Source of the DNA: Eledone cirrhosa
Lineage: Eukaryota
Assembly: GCA_964016885.1 (NCBI GenBank)
Contig: OZ024759.1
Location: 11,904,001 to 11,968,000 of the forward strand
DNA length: 64,000 bases
Reading direction: 5' to 3'
The notes beneath the pieces were generated by a model, which searched no databases, was not told where the DNA came from, and saw only the letters and a program-made list of their open reading frames with translations. Of the stretch, positions 41,726 through 54,218 are shown one piece after another (the first letter of the stretch is position 1; each line of letters starts with the position of its first letter). Position numbers and translations under genes: made by a program.

Positions 41726-41998
41726 TATATATATATAGACACTTGGTTCAGTGTTCAAAGTGTAGACATAACAAAAACCATTGTTCAAAGAATAATTCAT
41801 AGCAAGACTCTCATATATCTGCATATACACTCCTATGATGAACCCTTTTCTATGTTAGTCTAAGTCTAAAGCCTGTATATATATATATATATATAAATAA
41901 TATAATTAAACAACTCCACTATCCTGGAGCTTCCAACAGTAATGGTTGCATTTTTTAAGGGTATGTCAATATTTATTTATAAAACTGATCTATATTAT

Positions 41999-42061
41999 AT
42001 TTTGTCTGATGAAAGTACACCATAATTTAACTTGGTGTCCTTGAAATATGTATAATGAAAT
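41999..42061 (+). ncRNA. minimal type I hammerhead ribozyme motif (family B)
   Basis: attttgt-CTGATGA-aagtacacca..tggtgtcctt-GAA-ATA tg TAT-A-atgaaat. Confidence 0.6.
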
Positions 42062-42190
42062 AAATATGGTTTTATAAATATAGTTTCCATTTGTTAATAT
42101 CGTATGTTTACTCCAAATACTTGTTGAGTGCTTTATATCAGTTATAAAAATATTTGCTTGTTGTATCCCAACAATTTAAATAGAACTTTT

Positions 42191-42248
<58 letters not shown>

Positions 42249-42296
42249 TATATACAGATATTTAAATATAGTATATATACAGATATCTATATATAC

Positions 42297-42336
<40 letters not shown>

Positions 42337-42485
42337 AGTTTTAATATAGAAGAGCTTCTATAGGACTAGAACTGTTTCATTCGTGAGAAATCATCAGGAG
42401 CTTCCTGATGATTTTATACTTTTATACTCTGCTATGTATTGAGTACCTTACTTACGGTGATTACCTCTGACTCAATCCGGAATAA

Positions 42486-42527
<42 letters not shown>

Positions 42528-43041
42528 AAATATATATATATAGTATTAAGGATACTATTTATGGTTATGTATATACTAAAACCTTTTATAGTTATATATA
42601 TATTATACCCTAAATAGTGAAAGACAGTAATTTATTACTATCTTATTACCAGTAAGATAAATAGCTCAATGTAACAACATCAGTTGTTTTACAGAGCAGT
42701 TATATAGAGATTACATGAAACAAAGTTCTGTTTAAATCATTTATCTGCTTACAATTGTTTCTTCCAAACCGAGGTTTGGAGTCTTCGGAGCAATTATTCA
42801 GTGATTTTTAACATACTTGACCTCCTTTTCAACACAATAGACATATAGAAACATATGTATGGGTCAATACCCACAGTGGGTTGACATCCATTATAATAAT
42901 ATAGCATGGTAATTACCATGTAAATTACCATGCTATATTATTATAATGGATGTCAACCCACTGTGGGTCAATATATACATATGTTTCTATATGTCTCTTG
43001 TGTTGAAAAAGAGGTCAAGTATGTTAAAAATCACTGAATAA

Positions 43042-43090
43042 TTGCTCTGAAGACTCCAAACCTCGGTTTGGAAGAAACAATTGTAAGCAG
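43042..43090 (+). ncRNA. minimal type I hammerhead ribozyme motif (family D) in the right arm of palindrome 42714-43120
   Basis: ttgct-CTGAAGA-c tccaaacc tc ggtttgga a-GAA-ACAATTGT-A-agcag, with a palindromic stem III. Confidence 0.75.
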
Positions 43091-43124
43091 ATAAATGATT
43101 TAAACAGAACTTTGTCTCATGTAT

Positions 43125-43156
<32 letters not shown>

Positions 43157-43279
43157 TCTCTTTCTCTCTCTATCTATATATATATTAATATACGTAGGTC
43201 CCGGGTTGAGTCGGGGATAACCACAGTAAGTAAGGTACTCAATACATGGCAGAGTAAAATTTTTTATTTTATAGAAGGA

Positions 43280-43373
43280 GCTTCTACAGGACTAGTACTG
43301 TTTCATTCAGATGAAATCTTCAGGGCTTCCTGAAGATTTCATCTGAATGAAACAGTACTAGTCCTGTAGAAGC
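43280..43373. ncRNA. divergent pair of hammerhead motifs (family C) forming a palindrome
   Basis: Plus copy reads gcttc-CTGAAGA-tttcatctgaat-GAA-ACAG tactagtc CTGT-A-gaagc. The reverse-complement copy is immediately upstream. Confidence 0.65.
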
Positions 43374-43399
43374 TCCTTCTATAAAATAAAAAATATATA

Positions 43400-43442
<43 letters not shown>

Positions 43443-43572
43443 TCAATGTTTTTGTAATGTCTAGACATTGAATACTGGTCAAGCTCCAGACAGACTTTAG
43501 ACTGTACTCTGTGTTCAAATCCTGCCAAGGTCAACTTTGATCCAATCTAATACCTTTTTTTTTTTTTCTCAG

Positions 43573-43644
43573 GAACTATGGAAGATAGTAATGCACACCA
43601 TGGAAAAGACTGTTGTTCTTCCACCTTTATCAGATCCTAGACAG
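43573..43644 (+). CDS. unc-13: unc-13 exon: ELWKIVMHTMEKTVVLPPLSDPRQ
   Basis: poly-T tract with tctcag acceptor, gtaaat donor, 72 nt. Munc13 motif ELWKxVMxTMEKTxVLPPL. Confidence 0.94.
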
Positions 43645-43844
43645 GTAAATGGGATATGTTCTAAATCTCTTCTTTAAAAATCTCAAAAGAAACTAGAAAT
43701 GTTTTCCCATCAATAATTTATAATTGATGTCTGTTTTGTGTGATCATGTGTTATTTACTGCTGTATGTGCCACATACATAACCTGCTATACAAACATACA
43801 TGCACACATACAGCAGGGGAAAACAACAACCCAATCTAGCAACA

Positions 43845-44170
43845 TATACCTGGTGATAGATGAGAACATATCCTATAATGGTATCTGTAATAAGGAGCAC
43901 GTAACCAGGGCATATTACACCCGATTAAGAAAAATATGGTTATTGGAACTCTCTGCACACAATAAAACAGTGGCTCACAATGTGTTTGCTGTGCCTGTCC
44001 TAACACCAACGTTTGGAATACTTGATTGGATGATAGATGAAATCTGAGCAATTGATGTTAAAACTCGAAAAATCCTAAACAACACCAGAAACTTCCACAT
44101 CAACAGTGGTATAGACCCTGCTACTTGAAACATAAGCAGGGAGGCAGAGGCCCAACATCAGTCCAGACCA
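43845..44170 (+). mobile_element. degenerate R4/Dong-like reverse transcriptase fragment
   Basis: YYTRLRKIW..ELSAHNKTVAHNVFAVPVLTPTFGILDW..IDVKTRKIL, with stops. Confidence 0.7.
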
Positions 44171-44289
44171 CAGAAATAGTAGCAAATATTTTAAACTACT
44201 CCATCATCTTATTTTTTTTTTTAAATATCCAAATCAATTGTTGAAATATCCCAGATCAATAGATGAAATATCTCAGATCAATTAATAGA

Positions 44290-44517
44290 TTATACCAAAT
44301 CAATTGATAAATTATACCAAATCAATTGATAAATTATACCAAATCAATTGATAAATTATAATCAATTGATAAATTATACCAAATCAATTGATAAATTATA
44401 ATCAATTGATAAATTATACCAAATCAATTGATAAATTATAATCAATTGATAAATTATACCAAATCAATTGATAAATTATAATCAATTGATAAATTATACC
44501 AAATCAATTGATAAATT
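44290..44517. repeat. minisatellite, 22/19-bp unit with palindromic core atcaattgat
   Basis: aaatcaattgataaattatacc, ending about 40 nt before the 44559 acceptor. Confidence 0.9.
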
Positions 44518-44558
44518 CATTTTAAGTTTCAACCTTTTTGTTGTTTTCCTTTGTCCAG

Positions 44559-44660
44559 TTACTGCTTCTCCCAGGAAACGCTCAAGCCAAAATTGAAGCT
44601 ATGTCCAGTGCTCTACTGACCCACGTAAGCCAGATGCCGAAAGGTGTGCAAATGATCCAG
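44559..44660 (+). CDS. unc-13: unc-13 exon in the variable MHD2 loop: LLLLPGNAQAKIEAMSSALLTHVSQMPKGVQMIQ
   Basis: gtccag acceptor, strong cag|gtaagg donor, 102 nt, phase 0-0, open frame. Lies at the poorly conserved loop position. Confidence 0.75.
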
Positions 44661-44885
44661 GTAAGGCTATTGTTTATCATTATTTCTGCTGTTTAACAAA
44701 AATGTGTTTACATGTGTTTAAAAATAACTGAAGTATCAGTTAAGTCAGTTGAGGGAAGAATAAAATCATTTATAAATATTTTATGTTCAGATAAGGAAAC
44801 AAAAATTGTTTTAGGGAGAGTTTGCTCATATGAATATATATATATATATATATATAGTTATGTAATAAACAACATAAGATAATTA

Positions 44886-44958
44886 TTTCATTTACCAAAG
44901 GTTTCACGAAGACAGATGAGCTTCACACAGACGTCTGACTTCGCTCATCAGAATGAAA
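44886..44958 (-). ncRNA. minimal type I hammerhead ribozyme motif (family A)
   Basis: Minus strand reads tttcatt-CTGATGA-gcgaag..cttcgt-GAA-ACC ttt GGT-A-aatgaaa, with a perfect 7-bp stem I. Confidence 0.78.
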
Positions 44959-45003
44959 ATTTATTTTAAATGGATGTCTGTTCATATATATATATATTTA
45001 TTA

Positions 45004-45044
<41 letters not shown>

Positions 45045-45319
45045 CAAATTCTCTCTCTGGTGGTCCATAGTGAAATCAAACTATTAATATAAATATATAT
45101 ATGTCTGTGTGTATATGTAGATGTGTGTGTGTATGTATCCAAAAGCATATAAATAACCACGTACATTTAACCCTTTAGCATTTACATTACTCTATATATA
45201 CTATTATATTTTCATGGTAAAGGCTTTAGTTCACATAATATCGAATCTATGAGATTTTGATATTATCTATTTTGAGAACAATACCTTAACATCAATAGGA
45301 GTGGCAGTTACGGCCATTT

Positions 45320-45881
45320 TGAACAGAAAGAGGTGAGAGAAATCTGGTCAGATAGGGCTGGTGTGAACAGAAAGAGGTGAGAGAATTCTGGCCAGATACA
45401 GCTGGTGTGAACAGAAAGAGGTGAGAGAATTCTGGCCAGATACAGCTGGTGTGAACAGAAAGAGGTGAGAGAATTCTGGCCAGATACAGCTGGTGTGAAC
45501 AGAAAGAGGTGAGAGAATTCTGGCCAGATACAGCTGGTGTGAACAGAAAGAGGTGAGAGAATTCTGGCCAGATACAGCTGGTGTGAACAGAAAGAGGTGA
45601 GAGAATTCTGGCCAGATACAGCTGGTGTGAACAGAAAGAGGTGAGAGAATTCTGGCCAGATACAGCTGGTATGAACAGAAAGAGGTGAGAGAATTCTAGC
45701 CAGATACAGCTGGTGTGAACAGAAAGAGGTGAGAGAATTCTGGCCAGATACAGCTGGTATGAACAGAAAGAGGTGAGAGAATTCTGGCCAGATACAGCTG
45801 GTGTGAACAGAAAGAGGTGAGACAATTCTGGCCAGATACAGCTGGTGTGAACAGAAAGAGGTGAGAGAATTCTGGCCAGAT
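45320..45881. repeat. 44-bp tandem expansion (~13 copies) inside piggyBac-like MITE 45171-45904
   Basis: tgaacagaaagaggtgagagaattctggccagatacagctggtg. Single-copy in the other P1 MITEs. Confidence 0.93.
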
Positions 45882-46215
45882 TGGCTGGTTTAAATGCTAA
45901 AGGGTTAAATGACAGCTGCTAAGTTTGTAGCACCAAACAGTTGGATAAAACAACTCATTGTTTGGTATTTTGATATTTTGACAATTTTTGTTTCACTGGA
46001 ATCTAGAAAGGAAAAAGGATCTTAATTTCTGGTTGTAAATCTCATTTATGGAAATACAGTTTGTTTTAAAATTACTGTATACACTTGTAGATAAGTTGCA
46101 GGTTTTTACTAAAAGAAAAAACAGAATGGCTTCAGAAAATCACATTCGGCTTAACTGCTGTACCTTGCTCTGCTTTGAAATTTGCAGCATGTACTCTTTC
46201 TCTCTCTCTCTCTCT

Positions 46216-46251
<36 letters not shown>

Positions 46252-46621
46252 GAACGATCGTCTTTCGTCAAATTGGACCGAGGAAACAATGTTTCCGTTG
46301 GTCTTTCCAATTGCTAATACTATCTATCGGTCGCAACTCCAGGTAGAAGGAGCAAAGTGAAATAAAGTGTCTTGCTCAAGGACATAACGCATCGCCTGGT
46401 CCAGGAATCGAACACACAACCTCACGATTGCGAATCCAATTCTCTAACCACTCAGCCACACTATAAACATCTGAATTAACAAACCTGTTTTAAAATATTT
46501 TTTACTAACTTCATACAAGATGTGAAGAGTTAAATTCTGAACCCTCAAATGTTATAAACCCAAAATAAGTGTGACATATATATACGTGTTTGTTATAGAC
46601 ACGTAGAGTGTGTGACATGTC

Positions 46622-47165
46622 TTAGTCTTTGAGTCTTCCGCACCTTTCGGCCCATCGAGCAGTAAGTAGTCGCCAACGGTCACAATCAGCGGCTTTTTCA
46701 TGTCCGTGCCAAGTGATGTTGGCTGCCATCCGGTCTTTTTGGAACGTTCCTCGCCAGATGATCCTGGGGCAGCCCCACCTGCATTTGCTGCCAGGTGGAG
46801 TCCAGTTCATTGCTGTTTTAGAGTGTTGTTGGTTGGGCAGACACAGAATATGGCCAGCCAGGTGGTATGGCTACTCTGTGACCACACTCTGTAGTGTCCA
46901 CGATGTATAGATGAATGTATGTTATATACAGCAAGGGTGTGTGTGACATACAAGTGTATATTATAAACACAAATAGAAGGAAGACGCAGTAGAGGAAGAC
47001 CACGAAAATCATGGCCGGAGGTGGTGAGAGCTGACCTCAGATCGCTGAAGCTCACGGCGGACATGACGAAGGACCATGACAAATGGAGAGATGCTGTGCT
47101 GAATAGGACCCATCCCATCCTTGCAAGCAGGGAAAAGTGGACATAAAATGATGATGATGATGATA
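46622..47165. mobile_element. two RTE 3' fragments in opposite orientation
   Basis: Minus strand MNWTPPGSKCRWGCPRIIW. Plus strand 46970-47165 matches the 3' end of the 40917-41725 LINE. Confidence 0.7.
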
Positions 47166-47298
47166 AAAGGGTGAACCACTTAGAGATATATATTTTAAAC
47201 ACAAAGGATCTACAACTTATATAGGAGTGTATACAGTCATTTTTTTTTTTTTTTGTACAAATTGCCTTTATTTAGTTATCGCAACATTTTATCTACAG

Positions 47299-47388
47299 GA
47301 TAATTTGGCTAGTCGAGGTTTCCAGATCCAGCCTATTGCACAGCTGTCAAACCAGCTGTCCAGTCAACCAGCGTTCTCTTCTGCTCAG
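47299..47388 (+). CDS. unc-13: candidate alternative cassette exon of unc-13: DNLASRGFQIQPIAQLSNQLSSQPAFSSAQ
   Basis: ttttatctacag acceptor and cag|gtcagt donor, 90 nt, phase 0-0, no stops. Non-repetitive, GC-richer island in an otherwise repeat-filled intron. Confidence 0.55.
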
Positions 47389-47506
47389 GTCAGTTAGAGG
47401 GAAGTTTCCTGAATGCTGTATGGTGCAGTGTGTCTCTTATCTACATCAACGTTGACAGTCAGAGATTTCCAAACTTTTTTCATGTTCACAACACGCTTTA
47501 AAAGAA

Positions 47507-47537
<31 letters not shown>

Positions 47538-47848
47538 CATATATATATATATATGTATATATATATGTATATATATATATATACCGTATTTCCTGGCACC
47601 AAAGATGCTTCTTCCTTGAGGACGCACCCTAATTTTGACAACCAAAAGTTTGAGAAAAAAATAATAAACAACTTTCGGCCTCCAGGGCTCATGGTAGATT
47701 TTACAGAGAAATACAGTATATATATATATATATGTGTGTATATATATATATATATGTATATATATGTATATGTATATATATATATATGTATATATATATG
47801 TATATGTATATATATATATATGTATATATATATGTATATATATGTATA

Positions 47849-47897
<49 letters not shown>

Positions 47898-47898
47898 G

Positions 47899-47929
<31 letters not shown>

Positions 47930-48012
47930 GTATATATATATGTATATATATATGTATATATATATATATGTATATATATGTATATATATATGTATATATA
48001 TATATGTATGTG

Positions 48013-48061
<49 letters not shown>

Positions 48062-48066
48062 GTATG

Positions 48067-48097
<31 letters not shown>

Positions 48098-48102
48098 GTA
48101 TG

Positions 48103-48133
<31 letters not shown>

Positions 48134-48140
48134 GTATGTG

Positions 48141-48191
<51 letters not shown>

Positions 48192-48196
48192 GTATG

Positions 48197-48231
<35 letters not shown>

Positions 48232-48276
48232 GTATGCATGTATATATATATATGTATATATATATATGTATGCATG

Positions 48277-48328
<52 letters not shown>

Positions 48329-48378
48329 CTGTATTTCTCGGTAAAATCTACCATGAGCCCTAGAGGCCGAAAGTTGTT

Positions 48379-48427
<49 letters not shown>

Positions 48428-49479
48428 TATATATATGTGTGTGTGTGTTTCAGAAGATCCCATAAAGGGTGAAAGCAGCGATTCTTTGCTTAAACTTTAA
48501 TCTGTACTTATAATAGATGAATGTATATGTGTGTGTGTGTGTGTGTTGGTAGAAATCCGTAGATGAAAGATCAAGGAAAACTGCTCGGTCTGTTACAAGA
48601 AAGCTTATTTAGTATAGATACAGTTTCATACACTGTAGGAAGGGCCAGTTTAAAAGTGGCTCTTATAGAGTGGTGGCCATGACTGGACCCTGAAACTGTA
48701 GCACATTTTATCTGTATGTTTATATTATATATAATGAAGTACAAGTCAACAAAGCAGGTAAACCTGTTGACTTGTATTTCATTATTGGCAGTATGAGTAG
48801 AGGATTGGATACCATGATTTGTAGCATAGAGTTATGGCCCTGAACAGTCTGATTTCAAATCCCGCTGAGGTTAACTTTGCCTTTCATCCTTACGGGGTCG
48901 ATAAAATAAAGTACCAGTAATACACTGGGGTAATTGCTGGCCTTGTGCCAAAAACAGAAACAATTATTACGGGGCTTGATAAAGTAAAGTACCAGTAATA
49001 CACTGGGGTAATTGCTGGCCTTGTGCCAAAAGCAGAAACAATTATTACGGGGCTTGATAAAATAAAGTACCAGTAATACACTGAGGTAATTGCTGGCCTT
49101 GTGCCAAAAGCAGAAACAATTATTATCGTTATACAATGGAGTACACAGATATACTTTTATATTTCATCAAGTGCTATCCTGTGTATTTTCGTGTCGCTTG
49201 TTTAACGTATATCATAACAAATGTATATATATATATATATATCTATATATATATATATATATATATAAATGGATCGATTGACTTTCGTCAAATCGGACCA
49301 AGGAAACAATGTTTCCGTTGGTCTTTCCAATTGCTAATACTATCTGTTGGTTGCAACTCCAGGTAGAAGGAGCAACGTGAAATAAAGTGTCTTGCTCAAG
49401 GACATAACGCATCGCCTGGTCCAGGAATCGAACTCACAACCTCACGATTGCGAATCTCTAACCTCTCAGCCACCCGCCT

Positions 49480-49515
<36 letters not shown>

Positions 49516-50059
49516 GAGAGAGAGAGAGAGTAATAATAATAAATTTGAAGACTAAAATCCAAAGAGGGCTCGATAAGGATAAATATATATAAAATATATA
49601 AGAACCGTAGAGCAAATATTTATTAAAATAACAGATTAAAGTTTAAGCAAAAAATCGCTGCTTTCTCCCTTAACGGGACCTTCTGAAACTCAGATCCTGT
49701 TAAGGGTGAAAGCAGCGATTCTTTGCTTAAACTTTAATCTGTTATTTTAATAATAATAATAATAAATAATAATAAATTTGAAGACTAAATATATATATAT
49801 ATATATGTGTGTGTAAGTATGGATTTATCGAATAATAATAATAATATTTGATTCGTTTGTGCAAGCAAATAGCCTTACAGTCCTGATGAAGGGAAATGAC
49901 CCAGAAACATGCTGATTGTTCCTCAATGCTACTGTTGAACAAACAGATGACAATAGTCATCAAAACACAGCATAGTAAGGCCGTTTGCTTGCAAATAAAT
50001 CAAATATTATTATTATTAGTCGATAAACCCTTACTTACATTTATATACACATATCGACA

Positions 50060-50265
50060 TTCGTCAAATCGGACCGAGGGAACAATGTTTCCGTTGGTCT
50101 TTCCAATTGCTAGTACTATCTATTGGTCACAACTCCAGGTAGAAGGAGCAACGTGAAATAAAGTGTCTTGCTCAAGGACATAAGGCATCACCCGGTCCAG
50201 GAATCGAACTCACACCCTCACGATTGTGAATCCAATTCTCTAACCACTCAGCCACACGCCTTCAC
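50060..50265 (-). mobile_element. tRNA-derived SINE family S3; copies at ~21610-21808, 46260-46460 and 49282-49482
   Basis: The tRNA-like head and ttgagcaagacacttt centre are shared with S2, but the 3' half differs. Confidence 0.75.
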
Positions 50266-50291
50266 TTAATATACACATACATGTGTGTGTT

Positions 50292-50342
<51 letters not shown>

Positions 50343-50346
50343 TATA

Positions 50347-51260
50347 AAGTATGTCCGTAGAATCATTTGATAATATATATATACACCATTTCCTCTCCCA
50401 ATTAGCATAATTAACCACACAAAAAAATCAATTAGACCAGGCTATAAGATTAAGAGACACCTATGAAGAAATAGTAGATAAATAAACGACAGCAATCTAT
50501 TCGCGACCAACAGCCATAGAATATTTACCCAACATTTCAATAGCACGTGGAAATCGATTAAATATATCGTCAACCATACACAATTAGGTATAAAATTAAA
50601 GTTAGAAGAAAAAATGCATATACACATACCAGGATTGCGTTTCTACCCTAGGGTTTCGTTCGCATTTGGAAATATTCTATTAAGGATAAAATCTCGAGCT
50701 TCGAACTCATCAGGAAACAAACTCATTTGGACAAAGGATTTTCTTAAGTGATCTCCGCCAGAAATGAATTCAAAATGGCTAAGAACTGTGACGTGGCAGT
50801 GGTCAAGTCAGAAAGAATGTGATTGGTTGCTTACGGCGAGTGGGCTGGTTGCTAGAAAGCGCAGCCCAATATTGCCCAAATTGCATCTCAACCTTATGGG
50901 AGATTATTAAATATGAAGATTTACATATACGCAAACTAGACAAAGTTACAGATATATATGTTTTGGCAACCATTCACGATGTGGCTCAATCATGAATTAA
51001 TAAATTAAATAATCAGAGCAATATACTTTAAGTATGTCCATAGAATCATTTGATAATATATATACACCATTTCCTCTCCCAATTAGCATAATTAACCACA
51101 CAAAAAAATCAATTAGACCAGGCTATAAGATTAAAAGGCACCTATGAAGAAATAGTAGATAAATAAACGACAGCAATATCTTCGTGACCAACAGCTATAG
51201 AATATTTACCCAACATTTCAACAGCACGTGGAAATCGATTAAATATACCGTCAACCACAC
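50347..51260 (-). mobile_element. retrozyme-like or PLE pseudo-LTR partial tandem: ~683-bp unit with ~230-bp direct terminal repeats and one hammerhead
   Basis: 50347-50581 is repeated at 51030-51260. Hammerhead at 50639-50718. (TA)n on both flanks and no meaningful ORF. Confidence 0.6.
50639..50718 (-). ncRNA. canonical type I hammerhead ribozyme motif (family E)
   Basis: Minus strand reads gtttc-CTGATGA-gttcg..cgaac-GAA-ACCCTAGGGT-A-gaaac. All core nucleotides, the G-C base pair of stem II and a palindromic stem III are present. Confidence 0.82.
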
Positions 51261-51713
51261 ATATATATATATAGATGGCGAATTGGCAGAGTCATTAAAA
51301 CGTCAGATATAATGCTTTACGTATTCTTCCCACTTCATTTCCCGCTCGGAGTTTAAATCCCGCCATGGTCAACTTTGCCTTTCATCCTTACGAGGTCGAT
51401 AAAAAAGTACCAGTCCAGTATTGGGGTCGATTCTACCTCTATAGAAAAAATCAACCTGGTGAGGGTTAAGCTTCGCCAGGTTTAAATTTGCCCTAGACAC
51501 GCTGTATAACGGTGATTCTATGACTCCACAAGAAGTTATGTGATCTTTATCCTTTATTTATATATATGTATGTGTATATATATATATATATATATATCCA
51601 AAATTAAATTAAGGGTTGTCATGTCTTAGAGACATGAGCCATATTCACTGTAGAATAAGTTCAAAGATTCCAATGAATAGATCCGAGCATTTCATATCAA
51701 CTAGAAATAGATT

Positions 51714-51782
<69 letters not shown>

Positions 51783-53472
51783 AATACATGGAACAAGCAC
51801 ATGGAATAATCAGTAAATAAATTTACTGATTAATTGGTGAAATATATTTTTTACTTAAAGAAATATATACAAAGGAGATTAATCATTTTAAAAGGTATCT
51901 ATATTTGAAGTTCTAGTTCAACTTTAATTGGTTACCTACCTGGCTATGTGTGCTTACATTCTTTACAAATTATTCCCTGTGATTGTTCCATGTATTTATT
52001 TTATATATATATATATGTCAATCTATTTCTAGTTGATATATATATATATATGTATTAAGGATACTATTTATGGTTATGCAAATACAAGAACCTTTTGTAG
52101 TTATATATATTTTTTCAAATCCTAAATAGTGATAGGCAGTAATATATTACTACCTTATTACCAGTAAGTTAAATAGCTCAATGTAATAACATCAGATGTT
52201 TTACAGAGCAGTTATATATAAGTTATAAGAATCAAAGTTTTGATCAAATCATTTATATGCTTACAATTGTTTCCTCCAAACCGAGGTTTGGATTCTTCGG
52301 AGCAATTTATTAATGAATGATCACATATATGACCTCCTTTTCAACCCAAGAGACATACAGAAACATATGCAAACATTGTTGCTTGGTAGGTCGACAACCA
52401 TTATAATATTTAGTGTGGCAGTATACATTTAAAGGTTACATTCATATTAAATGTATACTGCCACACTAAATATTATATTGGTTGTCGACCTACCAAGCAA
52501 CAATGTTTGCATATGTTTCTGTATGTCTCTTGGGTTGAAAAGGAGGTCATATATGTGATCATCCATTAATAAATTGCTCCGAAGAATCCAAACCTCAGTT
52601 TGGAGGAAACAATTGTAAGCATATAAATGATTTGATCAGAACTTTGATTCTTATAACATATATATATATATGTATTAGAATTGGAGCTCTGAAATAGCAA
52701 TATATATATGGATGTGTATATAATGTATTTTGCAATACACTTTATGCTTAATTAAAAGCATTTTGAAGACCGTAAGCTATTGTTTTAAAGTAGTGACAAA
52801 TTCACTCACTTTGATCTCAGCAAACAGGGGAGATAAGCCGACATAACATGTTTCGCTTTGGTTGAAGCTTATCAAGGCCAACTACCCCGCCTGTTTGCTG
52901 AGATCAAAGTGAGTGAATTTGTCACTACTTTAAAACAATAGCTTACGGTCTTCAAAATGCTTTTAATTAAGCATAAAGTGTATTGCAAAATACATTATAT
53001 ATACATCCATATATATATGTATATATATATCAGAGTTTTGTAGCTTTCTTGAAGCATTGTTTAATAGGGAACACAAATTTAAATTTTGAAAACCAAACAA
53101 TGTGTTATGAAGAATGTTAAACTGCCAAGATAGCAATAGAATCTTGCCTTAGCAAATTTAATGATCCCAAATATTTTTGGGTTTAAAAACCCATTATCAA
53201 GGGAGAAACCCTATAAGAGACTTAAAAATCGATCAGATGCTTGTTTGTATGGGATCGATTTTTAAGTCTCTCATAATGGGTTTTTAAACCCCAAAATATT
53301 TGAGATTGTTAAATTTGCTAAGGTAAGATTGTTTTGTTATCTTGGCAATTTAACAATCTTCATAACGCATTGTGTTGGTTTTCAAAATTTAAATTTGTGT
53401 TTCAATATATATATAATGGTCGCTCATATTTATGGTACGTCAAAATTATTTATAAAACTGTTTATATATTGT

Positions 53473-53536
53473 ATTTTATCTGACGAAGGCATGCCATATT
53501 TTTAATATGGTATCCCCGAAATATGTATAATGAAAT
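53473..53536 (+). ncRNA. minimal type I hammerhead ribozyme motif (family B)
   Basis: attttat-CTGACGA-aggc atgccatatt ttt aatatggtat cccc-GAA-ATA tg TAT-A-atgaaat. Confidence 0.6.
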
Positions 53537-54114
53537 AAATATGGTTTTATAAATATAGTTTCCATTTGTTTAATATCGTATATATATATATATATATATA
53601 TTTATTTTACACTACTCCGGAGTAACCAAACCAACCTGCGCACTTCGTCGAGTGCTCCAGCCTGCATACTGAGGTGTTGGTATACAACCAACATAAACTC
53701 AAAATCTATATATATATATATATACACACAGATAAATCCACCAATTAATGGTAGGGTCTAAACCGTATGAAGAACTCAATGTAATCCGTATGTAGATGTC
53801 GTGAAGCAAAGTTTAAAATATAAAATTTTCAACGATATAATTCATTGGATACAGAGTCAAAAATAGAAATATTAAAACAATGAAATTAAACAAAAAAACG
53901 GTTAATTCAGAGTTTTACTATGAATTAACAGTTTTTTGTTTAATTTCATTGTTTTAATATATATATATATATTAAAGGGTTAAACGATATTCAATGATTA
54001 TGTCAAAGAATGAGTTTTACAGTAGATTGGAAGCACTCTACGGCAAAATAATTTTCCGGAGTTATTAAGATTAAAATATAAATATTAATAAAATAGATGT
54101 TCTTTTGATCAATT

Positions 54115-54218
54115 ACATTTTATTATACATATTTCGGATGTACAACAGTACGTCCTCATCAGACAAAATTGTCTGATGAGGACGTACTGTTGTACATCCG
54201 AAATATGTATAATAAAAT
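54115..54218. ncRNA. divergent pair of hammerhead motifs (family B) in palindrome 54082-54253
   Basis: CTGATGA-ggacgtac tgtt gtacatcc-GAA-ATA tg TAT-A-ataaaat on both strands, back to back around acaaaattgt. Confidence 0.75.

Noticed and set aside
44565-44575. Alternative acceptor ttctcccag inside the loop exon
   Set aside because: It would shift the frame relative to the upstream phase-0 exon.
49880-49910. Additional hammerhead cores at ~49883, ~38430, ~28482 and ~61220
   Set aside because: CTGATGA or GAAAC is present but stem I, stem III or core bases are missing. They are decayed or chance matches and are not listed as features.
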